The notes beneath the pieces were generated by a model that saw only the letters and a program-made list of their open reading frames with translations, was not told the DNA's origin and made no database searches. DNA of 64,000 bases from Selaginella moellendorffii (Eukaryota > Plantae > Lycopodiophyta), in assembly GCF_000143415.4 (NCBI RefSeq), contig NW_003314396.1, positions 38,895-102,894 of the forward strand, written 5' to 3'. The translations under genes and the position numbers were made by a program. Of this stretch, positions 23,511 to 35,128 are shown one piece after another (the first letter of the stretch is position 1; the number at the start of each line of letters is the position of its first letter).

Positions 23511-25068
23511 CCCAAAAGTCCAACTGGTGAGCTCCTCCCCCTTCTCTGCATCCACATTGACAGTGGCTGGAAGAAGAACGCAATTCCTCGCCTGTTCAGA
23601 AATGCACAACAATTAGAGCTGACAGATGAAAAGCTAGTAGCTGGAAATAACGTGAGGCCACACGCCATTCACCACTGCATCAGATGTCTTGAGGCTGCAT
23701 CCTAAGATGGCGTGAGGCTACACACCATCTGTAACCGGACTGCACTCGAGAGCCCAATCGGTGCATGCCAATGTTGCTACTGAATGGCATGTGGCCTCAT
23801 GCCATTTTCTACTTGGCCTAAAAGACTTACCATTTGAAGCCGAATGGAGGCGTGACAACCAGACTCGCTGGCGAATGTGCACTGTGTGTGCAGCGGATCG
23901 TAGCAGCAAGGCTACTCTGCCACTTACAGTTGGAGAGTGGCGCTGAAATCTCCGGGGACGCCAAGTGGGCTGCGTGTGGGTGGCGGAGTGGGCGGCGGAG
24001 TTGGCGGCGAAGTTAAAAACTGGGTGTGTCTTGAAGTGGACGCCGATGCACACGAGCGCGATGCGAGCGCGAGTGTGATGCAAGCTCGAGTGGACGCTGA
24101 TGCACACGAGAAACCTGTAGAGAAGTGGGAGCGCGAGTGGGAGCGCGATGCGAGCGCGAGTGTGCGAGCGCGAGTACGAAGCAAAATGCAAAACCTAACC
24201 TCACACGCGCGAAATGTCACGACGGTTGGTAATCCCGCCACGTCATCATTTCTCAGACTTGGGCGCCACCATTAATTTCTGGATCGGCGCGCGCATGCGT
24301 GAAATCCAAAAGAAATCCGCAACGTCATCATTCCTCGGACTGCATGCACGCGAAATCCAAAAGAAAGATCATGATTGGGATATCATTTAATACCCTCGCT
24401 ATATTTATACCATGCATGATTGGATATTCCAAAGCATCTTGTATTTCCAAAAATGCCAGATGTTCAGCTAAATAAATTGTCAGAGGATGACGTTCAAGCA
24501 TGTGGGCTCATGCAATTTTGATCCCAAAAAATGCACCAAAAAATGCTCGGCGTCATCTGGCATTATCTCTTGAATGGCGTGGGGCCACATGCCATTTTCA
24601 GGAGCACATAGGAGTATATTCCTAGAATATTCTGACATGCGCGAGATTGTTTTGTGTTTTCTGGAGATCCAACCGTTAGATCGCAACTAGATTTTACAGA
24701 ATGGTATACAATGTCCTTCTTGATGACCCTGCAAAGAAGCATCTCGATCAGACACCACATGAGACCATACGAGCCTTACAATGTTTCAGGGGCATTTGCC
24801 ATAGATCCGACCGTTATTTTGCTCCAAGATTCTACAGTTTGGTGTGCATTGACCTTTCCATCGACACTGCAAAGGGACATCACAATCAGATGCGGGATCA
24901 CAAGAAACCAACTTCACTAACTCTGGTTTCACCAAGATCTACGTAAGGAGTTATGAAATGAAAGGACCCTCTCTATTGAAATGTGTTTATGGTCCTAGGG
25001 GCATTGTGACATATCAAAGGATTTTGCATCAAGTTCTGTATTTGCATGTTTATCAAGCTACTGAATTG

Positions 25069-25101
25069 CTAAACCCTAAACCCTAAACCCTAACCCTAAA
25101 C
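25069..25101 (+). repeat. Plant telomeric repeat (CCCTAAA)n inside the transposon
   Basis: CTAAACCCTAAACCCTAAACCCTAACCCTAAAC. Confidence 0.9.
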
Positions 25102-26148
25102 ATGTGGCAAATGCTGCGTGAAGAAAGATGCCCTTTCTGGGCAAATGCTGTAAGAGGCAGATGCCGAGCAAATGTATCTCAGGCTAGCGAAGGGGACAAA
25201 CGAAAGCTAGCTATAAATATGACGGGATGCAAATAGATTACTAGGCTGGTCCTGCGAAAATCAAAAACCATAATTGAAAACATTGAAAATGCAAAAAGAA
25301 AGGTTTATAATATTTTTGAATTTTAAGCAACCAAAGGAATGTAAGTAGGGCATGTGTTTGTAAGTTTAAAAATGCCTCAGCCATATAAATTCCCAAGTAA
25401 ATAAAGCTGTTTCTATTTTTGGTACAGGTAAACTTTATAGCGTGTGGGCTCATGCAATTTTGAACCCAAAAATGCACCAAAAGATGCTCGACTAGCATTA
25501 TTCTTTGAATGGCATGTGGCCTTATATTGCCATAAATGAACGTACACACACAGCATAATTATTCCTTTACACGGCGAATAATCTTGGCGCGGATCGCTGA
25601 CATGGCATGGCAAAGTTCGAATCACTGACATGGCACAGCTGGATCGAGGCAAGGACATGATGTGACAAAGTTCAACCTCCGACAGCAAAGTCTAGAAGCT
25701 ACTCAGTTTGAAATTTGTCAGAGGAATCATAAGATCTGGTTTGTCAGAGGATTTGATGTGACGTTCAAGCGTGTGTTATTTTTGAATTCTCGAACTCATT
25801 CCTAGGTCTATCATTTTTGTGCGCCGTATTCTTGGTTCCACTGAGCGCAGTGAGCGCTGCTTGTGTAAGCGGCGTTGTGAGCTGTGGTTTATGCGTCTAC
25901 AAGCGGTTGCGGCATTGCGAGCGCCATTGCGAGCGGCAGTTTATGCGAGTGGCAGTTTGTGCGAGCGGTGCTACGAGCAGTTGCGGTGTTGTGAGCGGCA
26001 CTACGAGTAGTTGCGGTGTTGCAAGCGGCACTGTCTTTGGTGTGGCTACCGCTTCCTCTTGATATTCGGCACTTGTGCTTCCTGGTATGTTCACCATGGA
26101 ATGGTTTAGGACCACATTTAGAAATGGCATGAGGCCACATGCCATCTT

Positions 26149-26248
26149 NNNNNNNNNNNNNNNNNNNNNNNNNNNNNNNNNNNNNNNNNNNNNNNNNNNN
26201 NNNNNNNNNNNNNNNNNNNNNNNNNNNNNNNNNNNNNNNNNNNNNNNN
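26149..26248. other. Assembly gap (100 N)
   Basis: Run of exactly 100 N. Confidence 0.99.
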
Positions 26249-27022
26249 AAGGCAACAACAACATTTACCCCGACGACCATCTCTCCTCGTTCAATAGCGA
26301 CCACATTCCCATCGAAGACAGTCTCTACTGATACAGCAGCATTGCCTTCCCCAAGCCTTTGACAGTGTATAACAAAGTTCCGATCCATAGACACAAGGGT
26401 CCCTTTTGCAACTCTCTTCCCACCATTCAAAATGTAAACCTTTTCCCCAACCCTGAAGGCCATTCTGAAAGTGCAGAAAAGAAGTTAAGACCATACAAAA
26501 AATGATTGGAGAATGGCCTAAATCATAACATACCAAATAGCATGAGGCCACATGCCATTATTCAAACATGCTATTGACACCCACGTGAAATTTCGCATTC
26601 ACAAAATTGGCATGAGCCCTCATGCCATTAGTGGTACCACTAATGGCATGAGGGCTCATGCCAATTTTGTGAATGCGAAATTTCACGTGGGTGTCAATAG
26701 CATGTTTGAATAATGGCATGTGGCCTCATGCTATTTGGTATGTTATGATTTAGGCCATTCTCCAATCATTTTTTGTATGGTCTTAACTTCTTTTCTGCAC
26801 TTTCAGAATGGCCTTCAGGGTTGGGGAAAAGGTTTACATTTTGAATGGTGGGAAGAGAGTTGCAAAAGGGACCCTTGTGTCTATGGATCGGAACTTTGTT
26901 ATACACTGTCAAAGGCTTGGGGAAGGCAATGCTGCTGTATCAGTAGAGACTGTCTTCGATGGGAATGTGGTCGCTATTGAACGAGGAGAGATGGTCGTCG
27001 GGGTAAATGTTGTTGTTGCCTT
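26249..27022. repeat. Foldback palindrome with 387-bp arms covering the transposase 5' end
   Basis: Centred at 26635/26636 (GTGGT|ACCAC); identical ORFs on both strands (26291-26551 minus, 26720-26980 plus). Confidence 0.92.
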
Positions 27023-29873
27023 GAAAAATCTGCAGAAGAAAGCAGATGTTGGGGACAGCGCAAGTGCGACGCATGTTCCCTCTGTGGATCTTAAGAACCG
27101 TGCTACATGGATTTAGGCAAAGGTGTTTCTAAACAACCCCGAGGGGGAGGTGGTAGCTGAGGGCTTAGCCACAGTTGTCGATCCAAGAGATGCGGTTGCT
27201 AATCAAGAATTGGGCTGGGATGATATTGGAGTTGCAATTTTAGAGGTTGTTGACACAGAAGAAAACAGTCTGACTATTGGAAGCATTGTGCGGTGGAAAT
27301 TGAGGCATTTAGTGTTTGAGAATGTGAAGGATTCACAATCAAACACCACTACAACTGATGACAGAACATCTCTTCATGGGAAAAGAAAGTACACCTTCCT
27401 ACAGCGCAGCCAAAGGGATCTGAGCAACGAACCGAAAAGGCAGAAAATGGCGATGGAGGTTCGAATGGTCTCGACAGTTGCTTGTTGCAAGAGGAGGTGC
27501 TGTCAACATGCTGATTGGGATGCTATTGAAGAGGAGAGAGCAAGATACAAGACATTGTCCTGGAAGGCAGCTCGCAATTTTGTGTATGAGGCATTACGGT
27601 CATCTGTTGATGCTTCAGAACATCAGGTGGGGGGCATGGTCTTCCAGAGGGGTTTGGTCTGCATGAAGGCATGGAGAATCATTTATGGAGTCCCTCGAAC
27701 CACATTCTACAGAATCAAAACTGAGTTCGAGGAACAAAGGGTTCAACAGGCAGTCCATGGGAACGACGGTACGCACAAAACCAGGGGTCATGTTGTATAT
27801 GGAGAGGCAATCTTCAAGAGGTTTGTCGAGACATGTAGCGAGCAGCAACCACATAAAACCCGCCTCTTGGAAGATGGAACACGAGACACCCAACGAGTTC
27901 TCCCTTCCATGTATACCAAGGGGGCCATATTGGAAGATGTGAATCGGGAACTCCAGAGTAATGGCTACAGGAAGCTGAGCCAATCTAGATTTAGTAGATT
28001 GTGGAGCAACAGGTTCAGGGATGTGAGTATAGGAAAGTACTCCAGCTTTTCAAAGTGTGACGAGTGCACTGCTATCAAAATGGCTTTGTCGAAGAATTCT
28101 TGCAGCGCTCAAGAGCAAGAGACGTTGGTTAGAAGGCGGCTCGACCACAACATCGAGCAGAGAAGCTGCAGGACTGCATATTATCATAACAGGATTCTCT
28201 CCATGGAGAGACCTGACTCTTACCTCTACATCATCCACGACAAAATGGACCAGAAAAAGACGTGCTTACCTCGACTCAATCCTGCCCCCAAGGCAATCTC
28301 TTCATCCATGCAGCTGCCTGTGTCTCTGTTTGGCATAATCGCTCATGGGCATGGTGCCCAGAACTATGGGAACTTCTTTGTACCTCTATGGGGTGGCGGG
28401 GGTGCAAACATGATGATTGCGTCCCTAGCAAAACACTTAAGGTCTCTGCAAAGTGCGCAGACTGAGCTGAACGGCCAACCCTTGCATAAGGCCCTTGTCG
28501 ATCGAACCCCATACAGGGTTCAGCTGGAGGAGGAGCAAAGGCTTGCAGTATCGCGTGGGGCCCCATGCCATCCCAGTGAATATGTTGGCCGTCAGATTGT
28601 AGGGTTATCACGTGAGGCCTCATGCCATTCCGACGAGGCTGGTCGCCCTGTGAATGCACAGCCTCATCCAAACGAAGCAGAATCTCAAGGAAGTTCTTGC
28701 GGCCAATGTGGCCTTCCACCCCATCTTCTGCTCCAAACAGACAATGCTGGCAGTGAGAACAAAAACATGTACGTCTTCGCGTACTTGGCGATGCTTGTTG
28801 CCAAAGGCATATTTGAAACGGTTACACTTGGCTTTCTCATGGTTGGGCACACTCATGAAGACGTCGATGCCATGTTCAGTCACCTGGCAGAGTCCCTCCG
28901 GCGATCCAATGTCCTCACCCTCCCACAACTCTACGATGAATTCCAAAATTGCATCAAAGGCACTGTTGAAGCTGCACTTGTGACAGAGGTTCCAGACTTT
29001 AAGGGGTTTGTAAGAGGCTACATCAGGGACGGATCCGAAACGCTGATTGGCCACTCCAAGCCTCTTCAGTTTCATTTCAGCATGCGTGACGGTGCTCCAG
29101 TGATGAGGTACAAGATGAGAGAATGGGACACAGTGTGGCTGCCAGTGGACGGCATTGAACTCTTCAAGAGAGATCCCATAACTTGGGAACCTATGATTCC
29201 TCAGGGTTCCCCACGGCCGATGCACCCGGATGGACTCAAAGACCAGGAAAGTATAGTGGCCGGGATTAGACAGCATATTGCCTTCTGGAAGAGGGGGTTG
29301 GTGTTTGGTGGAGAATCCTATTTTAAGAGGTGCAAGCCTTTGCTCGAATACTGGGAGAAGATTATATCTACTATCCAAAATGGGCCGGTTGTATATGAAG
29401 AATTGGAAGAGTCCTTTTGGCCAGAACCCAGAGCACCAGATAGTAGCGGAACAATGTCCTCTGGAAATGCAGTGACAGATAACGATGTTGAGGATCACTA
29501 TTGTGGGCCGAGGAACAAGAAGCCGGATTCAGCATTCAATCCAGTACAAGTCTGCAAGGGAATGGTCGTGCTTGTCAGACCCAGTAATAAAAAACAAATG
29601 ATATGGGTGGGGCGCTGCATCACTGATGCAGAGGAGGACGCGGAAACTAACTCCTTCAATGTAACTGTGGAGTGGTTCAAGCCAAGTTCCGGATATACGA
29701 AGGATTGCCTAGAAAAGAGATGGGTGCTGAATCCAAGGGATCCCAGCATGAGCATATCGGTGGATAATGTTGTGCATGGTTGGATGCGGAAGCAGAGTGC
29801 CACCATCACCTTGCCAGACCGTGCAAGAGATGCAGCAAGAGCATTCATAACCCGGGTTCAAGGTGAGATTTAA
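26808..29873 (+). CDS. Sola1-like DDD transposase (~1020 aa; one in-frame stop at 27114-27116 in this copy; probable short last exon ending 29946)
   Basis: CCKRRC, VCMKAWRIIYGV, FSKCDEC, IIHDKMDQKKT, LQTDNAGSENKN and FLMVGHTHEDVDAMFS motifs; lies inside a TIR-bounded element; copy C has CAG at the stop position. Confidence 0.8.
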
Positions 29874-30538
29874 TATTCCTTTACTAAGTTTCTAATGTAT
29901 TTTATTTCAAGGTGAACAATCCGAATCTGAATCAGAGGAGGCGTGATGGCATGTGGCCCTTTGCACTAGTATATCTTAATACTGGTCTGAGAAATAGAAT
30001 GGCATGTGCCCTCAGGCCTTTTACTAAATCACCTTTGAAAGAAATGCAAGCCTCTATGTCGTAAAAAAAAGGTACTAGAGAAATTCCTTAATAATATGAA
30101 TGTTATTTAGTTTCATGAAAATACACTAAGGGTCAAATGAGTTAAATGACTTCTCCAGACTAGCAATGCCTCTTGCTACACCTTCACAATTAGATTCGTT
30201 AGAAAAAGATAACATTGAATAATATCTAAATGTTCTCACCATTAAGTTATATGTCTGGCTAATAGGAATGACGTTCATCTTGGAAAGCTCACCACACGCT
30301 CAATGAACAAACAAATAGTGTGTGCGCGCATGCCATCGCTCTTCTTTAGCTTCAGATTCGGCTTGTTCACCTTGACAATGAGATTTATTATACAACCAGA
30401 TGGACTCAGTCTGGACACAAAGTCACCGCGCTAGTCACCATGCCCCAGATATGTCTAGCCCCTGGACAAAAAACATATAATTTCACGTCATTTTCAAATA
30501 CTTGAAAATTTGTATCTAGTCCCATTTTACTGAATAAA

Positions 30539-30562
30539 TCCCACTTTAACGAAATAGAGCTT
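30539..30562 (-). repeat. 24-bp TIR AAGCTCTATTTCGTTAAAGTGGGA
   Basis: Identical to 42756-42779 and the reverse complement of 53064-53087; abuts unrelated gypsy pol sequence. Confidence 0.92.
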
Positions 30563-33500
30563 ACATACACCCTCGTTTGCTTGTAATAGATGAGTCCGTT
30601 GCGTTCCGCATAGCCCGTTTTCTCTTCCTTTGGCAGCTCACCTCTCTGGTGAGCTTCCCGCGCCTCTAGATTCCTCAGCAACACTTCTTGTGCTAGACCA
30701 TCATTCTCATATGCTGTCCGCACATCGTCCCAGAAGGTTGCTGTTGCGCTGGATATTGCCAACCTCAAGCTCGCTTTTCGACTTAGCGCATCCGCCACGA
30801 TGTTGCTCTTCCCAGGCTTGTACAGAATCTCGCAATCAAACTCAGCCAAGGCAATGGCCCACCGACCTTGTTTCCCTCTTAGTTCAGGCTGTGACAAGAA
30901 GTGTTTCGTTGCCACATTGTCCGTGTAAACCTTGAAGTGTCTCCCAAGGTAGTGTCGCCACTCCTTGAGCGCCTTGACCACCGCAAACAATTCCTTCTCG
31001 TGGGTAGGCCACTTCCGTTGAGCCTTGTCCAGCTTTTTCGAGAAGAATGCTACCGGATGGTTGTCTTGCTTCAAAACTGCGCCCAACGCAAAGTTTGAAG
31101 CATCCGTTTCTACCTCAAAGTCCTTACCAAAGTCCGGTAATGCCAATACGGGAGCCTTCCTCAACTTCCCTTTGAGGTGGACGAATGCCGCCTCGCATTC
31201 CGCTGTCCACACCATCTTCCCTTTTCCTGTTTGGTCCGTTAAGAGCAGGGCTACTCTCGAATAGTGTCTGATAAACTTTCGATAGTAGTTGCATAGCCCC
31301 AGGAATGCCCTCAACTCGTGTACATTGGATGGTCGCTCCCATTCCTGGATCGCTTGGACCTTCTCCGGGTCCACCTTGAGCCTGTCCTGGCCCACCACAT
31401 GCCCGAGAAACTTTACCTCTTGTTGAGCAAAGTCACATTTGCTCTCTTTAGCATACAGTTTGTGTTCCCTTAGTTTCTCAAACACCTTCGCTAAGTGTTC
31501 GGCATGCTCCTCTAGCGTCTCGCTATAGATCAGGATGTCATCGATATAGACGACCATGAAGTGATCCAGATAGGGTACAAAGATGTGGTTCATTAGCGCC
31601 GAAAACGTTGCCGGCGCATTGCATAGCCCGAAGGGCATCACCAAAAACTCAAAGCTCCCATACCTCGTTCGACAGGTTGTCTTCTCGACATCTTCCTCGG
31701 CTACCCTGATCTGGTAGTATCCTGACCTTAGGTCAATCCTTGAGAAGTATTTTGCCTTTCCCAACCTATCGAACAGGTCCTCAATCCTTGGCAAAGGGTA
31801 ATTGTTATTCTTTGTATACTTGTTGAGCAACCGGTAGTCTATGCACATGCGCATAGATCCATCTTTCTTTTTCACAAATAACACCGGCGCCCCATACGGC
31901 GACTTGCTCAACCTAACATACCCTTTGTCCACCAACTCTTCTAGTTGGCACTTGACCTCCTTGAGTTCTTTTTCGTTCAAACGATAAGGGGGACGAACCA
32001 CTGCCTCAGCACCCTCGACCAGCTCAATCTTATGTTCTATCGGTCGTGCTGGGGGTAGCCCCGCCGGTAGCTCCTCCGGCATGGTATCCTGGAATTGGTC
32101 CAACACCCGCTGGATCACTAAAGGTACTTCTTCCATTCCTGTCTTTTTGTCACTCTTCACCGAGAGTAAGCACAAAAAGGCCGCCTTAGTTCCTTTAGTG
32201 AGTTGTCCTCTCATGGACACCAGGTTTAGGCAGGAATCTTTGGCCTTGCTTTGCCCTACCTTTAGATCTTGGGCCTCCACCCTAGATCTTCTTCCTTGGG
32301 CATTCGCCAGTACCACAAGGTTTCTACCTTGTCCATGCAGGGCTACCACGAATCGATTGAACCAGTCCATTCCGAAGATCACATCAAATCCCGCCATGTC
32401 CAACACGGTGAAATCCATGTCCACCTTCCAAGTCCCCACTTCGACTCTCGCTTGTCGATGTACCTCATCGGTGCTTTGGCTACCTTGAACAAACTCTATA
32501 GTCTTTGGTTCGCCTAGCTGCTGCACCGTTAGTCCGGCTTGCTGGACTATGTTTGCAGCCACAAAATTATCCGAAGCACCCGTGTCAATAAGGATTTTAA
32601 CAAAGCTAACTCCGAGCTTCCCTCGGAGGGCTAGTAGATGTCACGAACGACTCTCTACCAAAGTTGCTCGTGTAATGAGTAACTTTGAGTTAGGGACTAG
32701 ATCACATACCTCCGTTTGGACTTCACCCGACTTGATGGCCATATTGGCTCTGGCCTTCTTCGGGTAGGGACATTCCCTCGAGAAGTGTCCCGCTTCACCG
32801 CAGTTGCAGCATACGTTGTTTCCCACGCTGCTATACGACTTGACCTTCTTATCCGTGGGTTTGTCTCTTTTCGCTTGACTCCCCCATGTACTCGCTCGCT
32901 GGCCACCGGATTTGCCTTTCCGGAACCCTGAGGACTCATTCTTAGAGAAACTCCTCTTGAATTTCCCTCTGCTAAACGTTCCCCTTGGTTTGGCCCCTTT
33001 GCTAAACGTGGATCCCGACCCCGTCGTGTTCCCCTTTCGCAGGTTATCGTTGAAATGCACCTTGATGGCCGCATCCAACGCTTCCTTGTAGTTGGTCGGG
33101 TTCCACCGCATTACTTTGCCACGAGCCCAGATTTGCAAACCTGATATGAAGGCATGGAACGCATCCATATCCCCCATGTCCGTGACAAGTATCCTCTTTG
33201 CCATAAACCCATTCACATACTCCTGAATGGTTCCGGTCTGCTTCAGCCTACTCAACTCGTCTCTTAGGTGCAGAGTAGCATTCGGAGGAACGTAAGTTAC
33301 GCGGATCCTCGCCTTCATCGTTTCCCAAGTGGCCACCGGTCCTTCGTTGGCCTCTGTTGTTCTCCACCAAGACTTGGCATTATCTGCCAAGTATGGTTTT
33401 TTACATGGGACCTTCTCCGAGCTCGGTAATCGCAACGCTCGGAAGTAGTCCTCCATATCATAAAACCAATCCTCCACCACCTTATAGTCGTTCACTCCCT

Positions 33501-33828
33501 TGAAGACCGGTGGGGGCTTCGGTTTGTACTTGGGAACTGCGTGAGGGACTGATTCCACTTCGGTCTGTTCGACCTTGTCTGGTTTTGCCTCAGTCCCTGC
33601 CGAAGGGTCCGCACCTTCTGCGCTGCTAGCATCCGTAGTCTTTCGCTTTTTCTTCCGCTTCTCGTCACGCTTTAGCTTGCGTACGAGAGTCTCTAGCAGG
33701 GCATTGGTCTCTGCCAATTGTCCTTCTAGAACGTCCAATCGAGCCTTGGACGACCGAACCTCACCACCGGACTCCTGTTTGGAAGTTGCCTCACTGGAGT
33801 CCTCCTCATGCAACGATTCCTCATCCAT
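30563..33828 (-). CDS. Gag-pol polyprotein (gag, zinc knuckle, protease, RT, RNase H; integrase missing; one in-frame TGA at 32641-32643)
   Basis: [36 protein letters not shown] and [14 protein letters not shown] motifs. Confidence 0.95.
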
Positions 33829-33968
33829 AGCCTCCTATTCGACTGGAGGCTCCAGCTCTGGAGGGGGTTCCGTCTCCGCCTGGGTTCGCTTACGTCCTGC
33901 CCTTGCCATCTCTCAGCAATCCGCCTCTATCCTTCGCTAGAACTGAGGAAGAGGCTCCGATACCAAAT

Positions 33969-35128
33969 TGTAAGCCACAAATTTTTCCTTTCCAATTTGC
34001 CAGCTCACCTCGTCTATCCGACCAACTCTGCCTTGGCTTGTGCTAAGTTCCCTCGCCAAGGTTCTCGCCTATGGTACCAGCTCCTACTTGGTCCTACTTG
34101 GTTTCAGCTACTCACTGCACGAGCAACGGAGTGTTAGCCATCCATCTACGGATTCCCAAATCTCTCCCAATCCCCCTCCCCGGGTTAGACTGGACTTAAG
34201 GTTCGGCTACACTCCCTGCAGGCACAAGCAGCCAAGCACACCAAGCCTCCAGATTCCTAACACCCCTTGGTACTACAAGACTTGATCATGGGACCCTCTA
34301 AATCCCAAGCCTTGGGTGCAGCACTTACTTTGGGACGTCGGGGCGAAACACCGTGGCCTAACAGCCCGGTATGGGTACCTCTACCCCCCCTCTTCCATCC
34401 CGAAGGGAAGGCCCAAGCCCCCGGAAGGGCAAGGACCAATGAGCCACAAGGTACTCAAGTGGGGCACCACTCCACCTGAGCCAGGAGCACCGCAGTCGGT
34501 TTCCCTTTCGGGAGTGGGAGCTGCTCTTGAGCACTTCCTTGGATGGCCCCTCCGGCACCAGCCAAATCCATGCTCACTCCCACCCAAGGCCCCTCGGTCC
34601 CAGTCTCAACCTCAAGTCGGTTTGGAAGCCCAACTGGAGAGTCCCTTCCAAACTGGTTCCTGGACCTCACTATCCCTACTATACTTTTGGAACCCCCTGC
34701 AGCCCCCCCCCCCCCTGGGAGACGCACGCTTTGGGCTTTCACCCCTTGACCCGTATTAGTATTTGGACTTAGTCTCTGGCTCGATCTCGGACCCGATTTC
34801 GGATCCGACTTCGGATTCGGTCTCGGACTCGATCTCGGACTCGATCTCGGACCCGATCTCGGACCCGACCTCGGACTCGACCTCGGACTCGGTCTCGGCC
34901 CTGATTTCGGATCTCGGACTCCGTATCGAACTCGGTCTCAAACTCAGACTCGAACTCGGTCCCCGAGTCGGTCTCGGACTCGATTCCAGACTCTATCTCG
35001 AACTCGGTCCTAGAGTCGGTCTTGGACTCGATCCTCGACTTGGTCCCATCCGATGAACTCTTTGTCATTTCGGTCAAACTTTTGGGGATCCTTTAGCCTA
35101 CGACATCTCGGGGATTCGGTTCCTTACA
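33969..35128 (-). repeat. 5' LTR of family A (1160 bp)
   Basis: TG...CA ends with a TGTAAG/CTTACA inverted repeat; adjacent PBS; second copy at 14455. Confidence 0.93.

Larger units (their letters stand above)
17869..30562 (-). mobile_element. Large TIR DNA transposon (Sola1-like), copy A; lacks ~95 bp of one end and spans an assembly gap
   Basis: TIR at 30539-30562; colinear in reverse with 35129-42695 and 53064-61665; carries transposase and cargo gene. Confidence 0.88.
30563..35128 (-). mobile_element. Ty3/gypsy retrotransposon family A, 3'-truncated
   Basis: 5' LTR at 33969-35128 (TGTAAG...CTTACA), Met PBS TGGTATCGGAGC, then gag-pol. Confidence 0.95.

Noticed and set aside
28620-29498. 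292-aa antisense ORF (and the 202-aa ORF at 21865-22473), repeated in other copies
   Set aside because: Shadow ORFs of the transposase and cargo gene; their conservation is explained by recent copy identity.
18170-30020. Palindromes as a CRISPR array or as MITEs
   Set aside because: Spacing is irregular with no unique-spacer periodicity, there are no cas genes, and no TSDs were seen around the 22-mers.
30406-30562. C-terminal extension of the 718-aa pol ORF
   Set aside because: Readthrough into the DNA transposon end; not part of pol.
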